Shown here piece by piece: positions 18,359 through 28,727 of a stretch of DNA of 63,684 nt. The stretch is from Angustibacter luteus. GTDB lineage: Bacteria > Actinomycetota > Actinomycetes > Actinomycetales > Angustibacteraceae. Below the pieces are notes generated by a model. The model worked only from the letters and a program-made list of their open reading frames with translations, was not told the origin of the DNA and made no database searches. How positions within the stretch are numbered: position 1 is the first letter of the stretch; every line of letters starts with the position of its first letter. The translations under genes and the position numbers were made by a program. The DNA is taken from positions 558,001 through 621,684 of the forward strand of contig NZ_BAABFP010000008.1 in NCBI RefSeq assembly GCF_039541115.1, given 5' to 3'.

Positions 18359-21300
18359 CTACACCTCGCGGCGGCGGCTCCACGCGACGGCGAGCCCACC
18401 GAGCACGATGAGCGACAACCCGAGCGCCAGGGGGCCGGTCGCCAGCCCACCGGTGCGGGGCAGCCGGCTGAGCTGGACGCTGGTGCCCTCGACGTCCGGC
18501 GTGCCGCTGCCACTGGTCGTCGACCCCGCCAGCACCGTGAAGGTGACGGCCACCGCACGGACGTTCCCGAGCGTGTCTGTCACCTCCACGGTGGCAGTGT
18601 CCGTTCCGGTGAAACCGGCCGACGGGGTGTAGACGAGCACCCCGTCCTGGACGACGACGCTGCCGTGCGACGGTGCGGCGACGACGGTCGGTACACCGCC
18701 GGGTGCCGTGGGTACGGGCACGCTCACCGGCGAGCCCACGGGCGTGGACACGCTGCGCTGGGCCAGCGACTGCGCCGTCCGCCGGTACGAGGTGCGCGCG
18801 CTCGAGCCGTCGTGCACCGCGTCGCCGGAGTACGTCGCCCGGACGCCGTGAGGACCGGCCTGCAGGGCCGCGGTCGCGACGCAGGACGTCGCAGGAAGCG
18901 TTGCGACACAGAGCGTCTGGCCGCCCGTGGCGAATCGGATGGTGCCGGTGGCCGTCGCCGGCAGCCCAGTGGCCGACAAGGTCGCCTGGGTGCCCTCGAC
19001 CGCCACCTGCGGGGTCGCTGACGCACTCAGTCGGGTGCTGAGCTTCGTGACGGCGAACAGGGTCGCGTCCTGGCTCGGCTCGTAGCGGGCGTCGCCCGAG
19101 TAGCTGGCCACCACGTGGTGGGTGCCGACCGCGAGGTCGGCCGGAGCGTCGCAGGACGAGGCCGGAAGCGTTGCGACACAGAGGACCCGACCGCCCGCGC
19201 GGAACGTCACGGTGCCGGTCGCGTCGGCGGGAAGGCCACTCTGCAGGACGGTGTCGGCCACGGCGTAGGGCGTGGCGGGGTGCGCGACCGCCGCCAGCAC
19301 CTGGGTCGCCAGCCGCACCACCGCGTACCCCGTGCTGGTCTGGGCCGCCTCGTGGTTCGCGTCACCGGAGTACACGGCCTGCACGACCAGGTCACCGACC
19401 GGGACGTCGGCGGGCGCGGCACAGGAGGTGCCCGGCAGGGTGACCGTGCAGAGCACGGCTCCACCGGCGCTGAACGTCACCGACCCCTGGGCGCCGGCCG
19501 GGACGCCGGAGAACGAGAGGGTCTGCGCGCTGCCGTAGCTGACCTGCGAAGCCGCGACGCCGGCATCGAGCACGACCGGGGCCTTGACCACGTCGAACGT
19601 CGTCGTCGCGGTGGCGGCCGCGTGCGTGAGGTCACCGACGTAGGTCGCGGTGACCGGGTAGGTCGCGACCACGAGGTCGGCCGGCGTCTGGCACGAGGTG
19701 GCCGGCAGCAGCGCGACGCACAGGGTGGTGCCGCCCGAGGTGAAGGTCACCGACCCGGTGGCCGCCGGGTCGACCCCGCTGAAGGACAGCGTGTCCGGGT
19801 TGCCGTACACGGTGGCGGCCGGGTTCGCGCTTGCCGCGAATGCCGCAGCGTCGATCAGTGCGACATCGAACGTGGTGTCGTCGTCCGATCCCGTGTAGTG
19901 CGCGTCACCCGAGTAGGTCGCGACCACCGGGTAGGTGGCGACGGCCAGGTCGGCGGGCGGCTGGCACGAGGTGGCCGGCAGGGTGATCACGCAGAGCGTG
20001 TCCGTGCCGGAGGTCAGCGTGACGGTGCCGGTCGCGCCGGCGGGCAGGCCGCTGACGGACAGGGTCGGCGCCGTGCCGGCCGGTACCTGGGCGGCGGAGG
20101 TGGCCACGACCACGGCGGTGCTCGCCTTCACGACCTCGAACGCGGTGTCGTCGGTGGCGGCCTCGTGGGTCGGGTCGCCGGAGTACGTTGCGGTCACCGG
20201 GTAGTCGGCGACCTCGAGGGCGGGGTCCGGGGTGCACGACGTGTCCGGCAGCGACGCGGTGCACAGCAGCACCCCGCCTGCCTCGAACCGCACCGTGCCG
20301 TTCGATCCGACGGCCAGCCCGGTGACGGACAGCACCGGGGGAGCCCCGAACTCGACGCTCGAGTCACTGACCGCCGCGACCAGCGTCGTGGCCAGCTTGG
20401 TGACCGTGACGGTCACTGCGTCGGTGGACCCGAGGTGGTTGCCGTCGCCGGAGTACGTGACGTGGACGGTGGTCTCGCCCACCGGCAGCGACCCGGGCAG
20501 GCACACGGCTTCCGGGAGGGTCGTCGTGCAGAGCACGTCCGAACCCGACGAGAAGGTGAGCGTGCCGGTCGCGCCCGACGGCAGGCCACCAGCGGTGATG
20601 GGGTCGTCGGCGCCGTACGTGACCGTGGCGGCAGCGGCCTGTGCGGTGACCGCGGTCGCCGCCTTGCCCACCGTGAACGTGGTGGACGTCGTCTGCGCCA
20701 CGTACGTCGTGTCACCCGAGTAGGTGGCGGTGACCGGGTACGTGCCAACGGGCAGCGGACCCGGGACCGCGCACGAGTAGCTGGGCATGGTGACGGAGCA
20801 GAGCGGCGTCCCGCCGGTGCTGAAGGCGACGGTGCCCGCAGCACCCGACGGCAGACCGTTCGTGGCCAGGGTGACGGCGTCACCGTAGGTGCTGGACGCC
20901 GGGTTCGCCTGTGCCACAAAGGCGGTCACCGACACCTGGTGGGAGGTCGTGGCTGGCAGTGCGTCCGCCGAGGACGCCTTGGCGGAGATCGTGTAGCTGC
21001 CGGTCGCGGCGGCTCCGACGTCGACCGGGATCGTCAGCGGGGGCAGCGACGAGCCCGGCGTCAACGCCGAGGCGGGTGCGTAGACGCAGGACACCAGCTG
21101 CCCGGACACGGTGCAGGAGTACCCCGCCGCGGTCGGCTGCGTCGGCGTCAGGCCGGGCGGCAGCATCGTGGTCACGGTGATCGGCTGGGACTCGCTGCCC
21201 TGGCCGGCGGCCAGCGCCGTGTCCACCGTCAGCACCGCGTGGTTACCGGCCACCAGGTGCCCGGCCTCGTCGTCCGACACCGCGACGGACAGCACCGGCA

Positions 21301-22339
21301 CCTGGCCGCTGAGCGTCGTCGAGCGCATCGTGTCGATCGCGTGGGTCTCGGTGCTGCCGCCCGTCGAGGCGGCCCAGCCGAAGGTCAGCTGCTGCGGCAG
21401 CCCGGAGACGCCGTCCACGTACGACGACGGGAACCCCAGGGCGGCCAGTCGCGCCGCGGACGGCAGCGGGCCGGTACGGGTCACGGTCGAGCCCCCGAGC
21501 GGGGTGACCTGGATCATCCAGCTGTCGGCGGGCACGGACACCCCGGAGGCGGTGGTGGTCGCCGACCCCGGGTTGATCGCGATCTCCACGGGGACCGGCG
21601 CCGGGCGCGTGGTGCCGGTCCGGTCGTCCAGCGCGCCGGAGGTCACCTGCGTGGTGTCCAGCACGCAGTAGCCGAGGTTGTCGTTGCCCGGTCCGCGGAC
21701 GGTGATGCTCTGCTGGACCCGGGAGCTGGCCGGGCAGTCGGTGCCGCCGAAACCGGATCCCTCGAAGTTGCCGTAGACGTCCAGCCCGAAACCCAGGTAG
21801 CCGTAGCTGACGCCAGGAGCGCTGTTGCTGCGCGTCGCGGAGTAGCCGAGCGAGCCGCCGAGCGGTCCGGGGTTGGCCGGGGGCGCGGGGTTCGTCGGGT
21901 CGGTCGCGGCCAGGATGAAGGCGATGCCGTCCGCACCCGGGTTGGTCGTGGCGTTCCACTGGTAGGTGTTGAACTGGATGTCCAGGCCCTGTGAGCTCGG
22001 CAGGCTCGTCGTGTTGTAGACGGTGCCGACGGCGTTGCCGACGTTGCGGGTCAGGCGCAGGGCACCGGAACCCGCCGGGTTGATCGGCGTGGACGCGCAC
22101 GCCGGGACGGGCATCTGGGCGACGTCCGTGCCGGCCGTCAGGCAGCCGGAGTTGCTGGCGCGCGACGGAAGGAACCAACCGCTGCCGGCGGTGCTGGCCC
22201 CGGCGAAGCTCTCGGTGGTCAGCGGCGTGGTCGGCACGACGGCACGGGCCCCCGACGCGGACACCCCGAGGGCAGCGAGCAGCACGACGGCAACCGCTGC
22301 GCTGTGCCGTACCAGCTGCGCTCGATGCGCACGAACCAT
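18359..22339 (-). CDS. Large sortase-anchored surface protein (L-type lectin-like domain, DUF11-like domain, 8 Ig-like repeats, Big_9-like domain, LPRTG)
   Basis: Signal peptide; GADGIAF and FGWAASTGG lectin-like motifs; eight Y(S/V)GD repeats; LPRTG followed by a TM segment and RRR. Confidence 0.85.
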   Translation of the reverse strand: MVRAHRAQLVRHSAAVAVVLLAALGVSASGARAVVPTTPLTTESFAGASTAGSGWFLPSRASNSGCLTAGTDVAQMPVPACASTPINPAGSGALRLTRNVGNAVGTVYNTTSLPSSQGLDIQFNTYQWNATTNPGADGIAFILAATDPTNPAPPANPGPLGGSLGYSATRSNSAPGVSYGYLGFGLDVYGNFEGSGFGGTDCPASSRVQQSITVRGPGNDNLGYCVLDTTQVTSGALDDRTGTTRPAPVPVEIAINPGSATTTASGVSVPADSWMIQVTPLGGSTVTRTGPLPSAARLAALGFPSSYVDGVSGLPQQLTFGWAASTGGSTETHAIDTMRSTTLSGQVPVLSVAVSDDEAGHLVAGNHAVLTVDTALAAGQGSESQPITVTTMLPPGLTPTQPTAAGYSCTVSGQLVSCVYAPASALTPGSSLPPLTIPVDVGAAATGSYTISAKASSADALPATTSHQVSVTAFVAQANPASSTYGDAVTLATNGLPSGAAGTVAFSTGGTPLCSVTMPSYSCAVPGPLPVGTYPVTATYSGDTTYVAQTTSTTFTVGKAATAVTAQAAAATVTYGADDPITAGGLPSGATGTLTFSSGSDVLCTTTLPEAVCLPGSLPVGETTVHVTYSGDGNHLGSTDAVTVTVTKLATTLVAAVSDSSVEFGAPPVLSVTGLAVGSNGTVRFEAGGVLLCTASLPDTSCTPDPALEVADYPVTATYSGDPTHEAATDDTAFEVVKASTAVVVATSAAQVPAGTAPTLSVSGLPAGATGTVTLTSGTDTLCVITLPATSCQPPADLAVATYPVVATYSGDAHYTGSDDDTTFDVALIDAAAFAASANPAATVYGNPDTLSFSGVDPAATGSVTFTSGGTTLCVALLPATSCQTPADLVVATYPVTATYVGDLTHAAATATTTFDVVKAPVVLDAGVAASQVSYGSAQTLSFSGVPAGAQGSVTFSAGGAVLCTVTLPGTSCAAPADVPVGDLVVQAVYSGDANHEAAQTSTGYAVVRLATQVLAAVAHPATPYAVADTVLQSGLPADATGTVTFRAGGRVLCVATLPASSCDAPADLAVGTHHVVASYSGDARYEPSQDATLFAVTKLSTRLSASATPQVAVEGTQATLSATGLPATATGTIRFATGGQTLCVATLPATSCVATAALQAGPHGVRATYSGDAVHDGSSARTSYRRTAQSLAQRSVSTPVGSPVSVPVPTAPGGVPTVVAAPSHGSVVVQDGVLVYTPSAGFTGTDTATVEVTDTLGNVRAVAVTFTVLAGSTTSGSGTPDVEGTSVQLSRLPRTGGLATGPLALGLSLIVLGGLAVAWSRRREV

Positions 22340-22442
22340 GACCCGACCCCTGTTGCTCGATGACTCCCCGGTCATCGCAGTGTCGGTGCGGTCAGTGGTC
22401 GACCTCAGCGGAACGTGACGTGCTTAGGCCGAACGGGTCACG

Positions 22443-23252
22443 TCAGGTCACCCCATCGGGCGACGCAGGGTCACCGAGCAGCGGGCTGGACGCGCTGCGC
22501 CGCAGGTGCGCGAGGACGTCGACGTCGGCGAGCCGGAGCGCCACGACCGCCAACGAGCCGGCGACGGCGCAGTCCAGGACGTAGTGGTTGGCGGTGACGA
22601 CCACGACCAGGAACGTGACCACCGGGTGCACCCAGATCACGAGCCGCCACTTCGAGCGCAGACTGCGGGTGATCGCCACCGCGACCAGCAGGGACCAGCC
22701 GAAGTGCAGGGAAGGCATCGCGGCGAACTGGTTGGCAATGCCCGTGCCCACCGGTCCGTAGACCGACATGCCGAGCGCGGTGGCCGTGTCGGTCATGCCG
22801 TCCCACCGGACGAGGCGGGGCGGGGCGAGCGGGAACAGGGAGTGCACGACGAGGGCCGCCGAGGTCAGCCAGAGCAGGGAGCGCCGGAACCGTGAGTACT
22901 GCGCCGGGCGGCAGATGAACAGCCAACCCAAAGTGGCGATGGTGAGCGGGAAGTGCACGCTGGCGTAGTAGGCGTTCGCGGCCTCGATCAGGTGCGGCAC
23001 GCGCATGGCCCACTCCTGCATGACGGCCTCGTCGGGCAGTCCGAGGGAGCGCTCCCAGTCCCACAGCCGGCGCGCGTTCTCGAGCGCGAGCTCCTCACGA
23101 CCCCCTGCCAGGTAGCGGCCCAGGGTGTAGACGATCCAGCCGGTGGAGATGATCGCCGCCTCGCGGCCGAGTCGCAGGGTGGCGCGTCGGATGCGTTGCG
23201 CCCGCGCGATGGCGGTGACGAGTGCGGTGTCGTCCACGGTGACCTGGGTCAT
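22443..23252 (-). CDS. PAP2-family (PAP2_3) membrane phosphatase/phosphotransferase
   Basis: FPLAPPR, AAMPSLHFGW and TANHYVLD motifs. Confidence 0.88.
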   Translation of the reverse strand: MTQVTVDDTALVTAIARAQRIRRATLRLGREAAIISTGWIVYTLGRYLAGGREELALENARRLWDWERSLGLPDEAVMQEWAMRVPHLIEAANAYYASVHFPLTIATLGWLFICRPAQYSRFRRSLLWLTSAALVVHSLFPLAPPRLVRWDGMTDTATALGMSVYGPVGTGIANQFAAMPSLHFGWSLLVAVAITRSLRSKWRLVIWVHPVVTFLVVVVTANHYVLDCAVAGSLAVVALRLADVDVLAHLRRSASSPLLGDPASPDGVT

Positions 23253-23863
23253 GCGTCGCGCGGGTCGGGCAGGCCGCCGCCGAGCTCGGTCATGGCGGCG
23301 TCGATCGCATCCGCGAGGGACTTCGCGGTGCCGCGGGGTTCCTGCTCCCACATCACGTAGCAGGTGCGCAACGCGGCCATCGAGCACGCCGCCACGAGGC
23401 GGGGGTAGCAGTCGCGGTCGGGGTCGGTCCCGCTGTGCGCCGCGACCACCTCGGCCATCAGCCGCTCGGTGGTGGCGAAGCTGGACATCAGGTACGGCAG
23501 CAGGGACGGCGTCTCGCGGAGCAGCCGCAGCAGCTCGAGCTGCTCGCGGATCGCCTCGCGGGACGAGGCTCGCACCCGTCCGACGATCGCCGCGCGGAGC
23601 GCCTCGACCGGCGACTCGTCCAGCGGCCGGGCCGCCAGGGCGGCGGCGAACTCGGCGTGCGCCCCGTCGCGGTGGGCGACGACGGCCTCTTCCTTGCTGG
23701 TGAAGTAGTTGAAGAAGGTGCGGGGTGAGACGTCCGCCGCGGCGGCCACCTCGTCGATGGTGAAACCGTTCAGGCCGCGCTCGACCGCGAGGGCGAAGGC
23801 GGCCTCGGCCAGCTCGTCCCTCGTGCGCTGCTTCTTGCGCTCGCGCAGTCCCCCGACGTTCAC
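23249..23863 (-). CDS. TetR-family regulator
   Basis: GLRERKKQRTR and TIDEVAAAADVSPRTFFNYF motifs. Confidence 0.92.
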   Translation of the reverse strand: MNVGGLRERKKQRTRDELAEAAFALAVERGLNGFTIDEVAAAADVSPRTFFNYFTSKEEAVVAHRDGAHAEFAAALAARPLDESPVEALRAAIVGRVRASSREAIREQLELLRLLRETPSLLPYLMSSFATTERLMAEVVAAHSGTDPDRDCYPRLVAACSMAALRTCYVMWEQEPRGTAKSLADAIDAAMTELGGGLPDPRDA

Positions 23864-23869
23864 GTCACC

Positions 23870-23910
23870 ATGCTAGGCAGATTTTTGCAGAATCTGCAAT
23901 TCTGCAGATT
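23870..23910 (-). promoter_or_regulatory. Probable leaderless promoter with palindromic operator for the TetR gene
   Basis: TTGCAG-18 nt-TAGCAT ending 6 nt before the GTG; overlapping inverted repeats TGCAGAAT-N5-ATTCTGCA and AATCTGCA-N4-TGCAGATT. Confidence 0.55.
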
Positions 23911-23929
23911 CCGCCACGACGCGAACGGG

Positions 23930-24205
23930 TCACACGTCGGGAGGTGTGGGGCTGGGGTGGGCGTCGGCGAGTGAGGTGACGACCTCGCCGGTGAGCCGCT
24001 GGCGGTCCCCCACCAGCAGGGTCGGGGCGACCTCGGACCAGGTGGCGAAGTGCGGCCGGAGCTGGTGGTCGACGAAGGCCGCCTCGTCCGCGTAGCGCTC
24101 ATACAGCAGGAACCGCCCGTCGTCGCCCGCGAGCTCGACGATGTCGAACCCGAGGCAGCCAGACTCGTCCCGGACCGCGGCGCTCGCGTTGGCCCGCTCG
24201 TCAAG
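23930..24205 (-). pseudogene. 5'-truncated ABM/quinol monooxygenase-like gene
   Basis: DESGCLGFDI..FLLYERYADEAAF.DH..PHF is present; the N-terminal strand appears to be missing. Confidence 0.6.
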
Positions 24206-24244
24206 CAGGCGTGACAGGCCCGATACATCGCCGCCAGGGTCGCC

Positions 24245-24560
24245 GGTGACCGGCGCGCTGTCCGGCAACCACCCGTCCACGTCGCCGGACTACGAGGCGG
24301 GCAACGGCGTCGTCCTCGTCGTGATCGACCCGCAGGCGTTCGTCGGGCTCGACGCGTTCCTGACCGACACCGGCCAGTGCGCTCGGGCGCTGCGGCAGAG
24401 CGCCCCCGTCGATCCGGCGCGACCCGTGCTGCTGCCGGGCGACGTGGAGAATGCGATCCGGGCCGCCCGCGGCGAGCTGCTGCCCCTCCCCGACCAGGTG
24501 CGCGACCAGCTGGCCGAGCTAGCTGAGCACCTTGGCGCGCGGACGCTTGCGCGCGGCTGA
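24245..24560 (+). pseudogene. C-terminal fragment of an Ldh_2 (AllD/YiaK-type) dehydrogenase
   Basis: GALSG...NGVVLVVIDPQAF...PVLLPGD; only ~100 aa of a protein normally over 300 aa. Confidence 0.7.
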
Positions 24561-25295
24561 GGACGGGACGTCGACCGGCACGTCGCCCTCGGCGTAGAGC
24601 TCCGCGACGATGCGCTCGTACCCGGCCTGCACGTGGGCCCGGATGAACTTCACGCTGGCCCCCTTCGAGTGCTTCTGGATGAGCTCGAGCAGGTGACGGT
24701 GGTCCGGCTCCCAGCTCTCGTGGTAGTCGGGGCGCAACGCCATCCGGGTGGTGAGGAAGCAGTGGATCTGCGAACGCAGCCCCTCCCACGCCCGGTAGAG
24801 CGGCTTGTTGTGGGCGGCGAGGTAGATGGCGTCGTGGAACCGGATGTCCCACTCGGCTGCCGCCGCCGGGGTGCGCATGGCCTTGGTAGCCCGGCTGAAC
24901 TCCTTCAGCACGGCCTCCATGCGGGCGAAGTCCTCGTCGGTGGCGTTCCGGCAGGCGTACTCCACCGCCAGCTGCTCGAGGGCGCGGCGCAGGCTGTAGA
25001 TGTGCTCGTGGTCCTCCTGGGACAGGGTGACCACCCGCGCACCGCGATGCCGCTCCAGGACGACGAGGCCCTCCTGCTCCAGGCGCACCAGCGCCTCACG
25101 CACCGGACCGCGGCTGACGCTCATGTTCAGCGCGAGCTCGTCCTCTCGCAGCCGCTCACCGGCGGGGAGCTCGCCCGAGACGATGGCCCGACGAAGGTCA
25201 TCCGTCACCTCGTCGGCCAGCACGCGTCGGCGAGCCGGGCCGAGGGCGGGAAGCGTCTGCGCCATGGCCATCTCCTGTAGATTCCAGACTGTCAA
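24519..25295 (-). CDS. GntR/FCD transcriptional regulator
   Basis: SGELPAGERL..VSRGPVREAL and FHDAIYLAAHN motifs. Confidence 0.92.
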   Translation of the reverse strand: MTVWNLQEMAMAQTLPALGPARRRVLADEVTDDLRRAIVSGELPAGERLREDELALNMSVSRGPVREALVRLEQEGLVVLERHRGARVVTLSQEDHEHIYSLRRALEQLAVEYACRNATDEDFARMEAVLKEFSRATKAMRTPAAAAEWDIRFHDAIYLAAHNKPLYRAWEGLRSQIHCFLTTRMALRPDYHESWEPDHRHLLELIQKHSKGASVKFIRAHVQAGYERIVAELYAEGDVPVDVPSSAARKRPRAKVLS

Positions 25296-25406
25296 CTTGC
25301 TGCAAAGATACTGACTGGACGCCTGCGGCGCGCACTCGCCACACGTCCCCGGCGCAGCGTGCCTCCCGCGTTCACACCTCGGAGAGCCGACCCAACGGGA
25401 TCCCCT

Positions 25407-25532
25407 TCACCATGCGCGCCAACAGCTCTGGGCCGTCCGGCCCGAGGGGTCGACCAAGATTCGAAACAGCGGCGTGCTCACCCGGCACGGCTGGATCGCG
25501 TTCACCCGGATGCCCGAGGACGCCCACTCCCC
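25407..25532 (-). pseudogene. Fragment of an SDR oxidoreductase
   Basis: EWASSGIRVNAIQPCRVSTPL resembles the SDR C-terminal motif. Confidence 0.5.
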
Positions 25533-25720
25533 TGTCCAGCCTGCCGCCCGCCTACGTGGAGGTCGGCTCGGTCGAGACGTTCCGGGACGAGAACATCGCC
25601 TACGCGCAACGCCTCTGGCAGGCGGGAGGTGCCGCCGAGCTGCACGTGCTGTCCGGCGGGTTCCACGGGTTCTGCGTCCTCGCCGCCCTCCCCCCGCTCC
25701 CCCCACCTCCGGACTCGTGA
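25530..25720 (+). pseudogene. C-terminal fragment of an alpha/beta hydrolase (HSL-type esterase)
   Basis: LPPAYVEVGSVETFRDE..YAQRL..AG...ELHV..GGFHGF. Confidence 0.7.
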
Positions 25721-25744
25721 CGGGGGTGGGGGGGGCGGATCGCG

Positions 25745-28600
25745 TCAGGGCGTCTGCACGTACCCCTTCAGGTGCAGGGACACGGCGCGGATCGAGCCGG
25801 TGTCGGCCGCCGCGGCGTCGACCACCGACAGCGTCCACGTGCCGTCCGCCACCGCACCGACCAGCGACGACAGCGGCTCGGCCGGCTGGTACGACCCGGT
25901 GTAGGGCGGGTTGAACGGCGCCTGCTGGATGTTGGTCGTCGCCGTGTCGGTGAAGACGGTCTGGCAGAAGTTCGCCCCGCTGCCGCCCGCCCGGTCGAAG
26001 AGCACGACCTGCTGACCGTCGGGTGCGGTCAGCGTCCCGACCAGGTCACGGTCGTAGGTGTGGTCGAGCCCCACCGTCTCGGACCCCTCGTCGTCCGAGC
26101 ACTCCGTCCCGTCGATCGAGAACGTGAGGTCGCTGATCCGGCCGGTCGCCGCGGGCACCTGGAGCGGCACGCTGGCACCGACGTTGCTGGCGTCCGGGAT
26201 CGGGACGGGCGGGCCCGCGTAGGAGATGTCGAGGACGTCGTCCGAGGGCTGCCCGGTCGGCAGGGACTGCTGCGAGACCTGCGGAGACAGCACTCCGACG
26301 AAGCTCACCCGGGCGCGCACGGCGATCGGCACGCCGGGCTCGTAGCCGGGCGCGAGCCGCACCGTGAACGGCGCCGGCGTCTTCGTCGCGCCGGCTGCGA
26401 TCGCGCCCGCCGACCGCACCGACGGCGTGATGGTCACACCCGGCGTCGAGGTGGACAGCTGGACGCTGACGCTGGTGGCCCGACCGTCACCCTCGTTGGT
26501 CAGCGGCACCGCCAGGGCACCGGTCTCGCCTGGCTCGAGGTAGGCGTCGCCGTCACCGGCTGGCGTGACCACAGGCTGGCCGGCCCGCACCAGGGGCTGG
26601 GCGGTCGCCCCGGTCCGGTTCAGCAGCCGGTTGGCCATCACGATCCCGTACCCGGTGTCGCGGTCCCAGCCGGGCTGCTCGATGTTGAGCGCCGTCCCGG
26701 TGATGGCGGCGCGCACCTCGTCCGGCCCGATGCCCGGGTTCCCACTGAGCACCAGGGCCGCGATGGCGGCCGCGTGCGGCGCCGAGGCCGACGTCCCGAA
26801 GAAGGGCGAGAAGTCCTCCACGGAGGTCTGCACGCCATCCGCCGCGGCGACGTCCGGCTTGCGGCGCAGCTCACCCCCGGTGGCGGTGAAGTTCCCCGGC
26901 GTGATGGCCGTGCCGTCCGGGTGGAAGAAGATCCGCCGGGGCCCGTCCGAGGTGAACGTCTCGGACTGCTGGGCTGAGGTGTACCGCCCCGGGAACGGAC
27001 CGGCGGGGTTCGGGACACCGGGCGCGATCTCGCGGGGGAAGGGGTCGTGCGCCGGGACGGCGGCGACGCTGTACGCGGCCGGCACCGCCGAGTGCCCGCG
27101 GGTGACCCCCGGCGAGCTGTAGGCGGTCAGCCCGCTGCCGTCCTCGAAGCGTCCCTGGAACGGCGTCACCTGGAAGTAGCGGTCGTCGCCCTTGAACTTC
27201 ACGACGGCCAGTCCGGCGGTTCCGCTCGGGAGGTAGAAGCCCTCGAAGGCCTGGTCGTCGCCGTTCTGAACGTCGTTGGAGAAGGCGAGCACGTTGCCCT
27301 CGTCGTCCACGGCGTACAGGTCGTAGTCGTTGCCGGAGTGGTCGAGCGGGTCGGCCCACTGCAGCAGCGTGGGCACCCCCGTCGAGTCCGGGCTGACCGG
27401 GTCGAGCACCTGGACGCCAGCCGCGGTCGGGTCGAAGTCGTGCGCGATCCCGGCGAACTTGCCCACGGTCTGGCCGGACGAGACGTAGTCACCCTCGTAG
27501 TTGCCGGCCGTGTGGTCGTCGACGTTCTGCTCGTTGCCGGCGGAGCTGAAGTAGAGCGCGCCGTCGGCGGTGACGTCGAGGACGGCTTGGGCGATCGGGC
27601 CGTCCTGGAACGGGGACTCGGCGTAGTAGAGGACGTCGTCCACGATGACGTCGGCACCGGCCGCCCGCAGGGCCCGGATGTTCGCGGCGAACCCCTCGGC
27701 GGAGTCGACGGCCGTCGCGAACGCGAGGTCGGCGGTGGGCGCGAGGTCGTGCACGATCTCGAGCATCGCGGTGCCCTCGTCACCCTCGCCGGCCTGGCCG
27801 GGCAGCACCTGGGTGTCGGCGGGCAGGTCACCGGACGCGATCGACGCGTCGAGCGAGTCCACGCCGTCCGACAGCACCCCGATCGTGACGCCCGCGCCCG
27901 CGACGTGACGGGAGGCGCGCACCGCGTCGACCGCGTGGGTCACGTCCCCTTCGGTGGTGGTCGAACCGGCAGCCAGCGCACTCATGCCGGTCTTGCTGGC
28001 CTTCGCGGTGCGCAGTGCGTCGGCCACGCGGGCGCGGCGCTGCTGGTCACGGACGTCCTTGGAGGCGGGAGCCGAGGGACGGTTCATCGACGCCGTCGTC
28101 CAGCCCATCGCCACCCTCACGTGGGAGACGCCCGGCAGCGCCGCCACCTGGGTGGCCGACGCGACCGGGATGTCAGCCTGCACCGTGCCCGCCTTCGGCC
28201 GGACGTCGTGCACCACCCCGCCCAGCGACGAGATGCCTTGCAGCAGAGCACTCTTCACGGTGCCCTCGACGGTGACGGCGGTGCGGCCCGTCTTGTCGAC
28301 CCGCAGGCCCGGGTCGACCTTGGCCACGCCCGGCGCCACCGCCTTGCCGCGCCGGACCTGGGCCGCGGCGAGCAGTCGGCTGTCCACCTTCTGCTCCGTC
28401 GTCGTGCGGGCCAGCTTCTGCTTCGCCAGCGCGTCGATCTGCGCGACGGCGCGAGCGGGCAGGGTGGCCCCCGCCAGGCTCGTCGGCGTCGGCGGAGCGG
28501 CGCTGCCGCTGGACGGCGCGAACGCGGCGGCCGGGACGGCCAGCGCCGTGCCTGCCACGGCGGCGAGCAAGGTGGAGCGCACACGGGACGGACGCAGCAT
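25745..28600 (-). CDS. Secreted S8 subtilase with a C-terminal proprotein-convertase P-domain
   Basis: GVLSDG, DEGTAM and FFGTSASAPH motifs; HTYDRDLVGTLTAP..GTWTLSVVD. Confidence 0.88.
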   Translation of the reverse strand: MLRPSRVRSTLLAAVAGTALAVPAAAFAPSSGSAAPPTPTSLAGATLPARAVAQIDALAKQKLARTTTEQKVDSRLLAAAQVRRGKAVAPGVAKVDPGLRVDKTGRTAVTVEGTVKSALLQGISSLGGVVHDVRPKAGTVQADIPVASATQVAALPGVSHVRVAMGWTTASMNRPSAPASKDVRDQQRRARVADALRTAKASKTGMSALAAGSTTTEGDVTHAVDAVRASRHVAGAGVTIGVLSDGVDSLDASIASGDLPADTQVLPGQAGEGDEGTAMLEIVHDLAPTADLAFATAVDSAEGFAANIRALRAAGADVIVDDVLYYAESPFQDGPIAQAVLDVTADGALYFSSAGNEQNVDDHTAGNYEGDYVSSGQTVGKFAGIAHDFDPTAAGVQVLDPVSPDSTGVPTLLQWADPLDHSGNDYDLYAVDDEGNVLAFSNDVQNGDDQAFEGFYLPSGTAGLAVVKFKGDDRYFQVTPFQGRFEDGSGLTAYSSPGVTRGHSAVPAAYSVAAVPAHDPFPREIAPGVPNPAGPFPGRYTSAQQSETFTSDGPRRIFFHPDGTAITPGNFTATGGELRRKPDVAAADGVQTSVEDFSPFFGTSASAPHAAAIAALVLSGNPGIGPDEVRAAITGTALNIEQPGWDRDTGYGIVMANRLLNRTGATAQPLVRAGQPVVTPAGDGDAYLEPGETGALAVPLTNEGDGRATSVSVQLSTSTPGVTITPSVRSAGAIAAGATKTPAPFTVRLAPGYEPGVPIAVRARVSFVGVLSPQVSQQSLPTGQPSDDVLDISYAGPPVPIPDASNVGASVPLQVPAATGRISDLTFSIDGTECSDDEGSETVGLDHTYDRDLVGTLTAPDGQQVVLFDRAGGSGANFCQTVFTDTATTNIQQAPFNPPYTGSYQPAEPLSSLVGAVADGTWTLSVVDAAAADTGSIRAVSLHLKGYVQTP

Positions 28601-28727
28601 TGGGGCCCCCTTCTGCTGGGCCCCGCGCACGGTCCTGCCTTCGAGCCGGCCGCACCCCGGAGCCGCTGAAGTCGCGACCGTACCGCTTGATCATGAAATG
28701 CCACAACAGTCCCGGACGTCCGGATCG

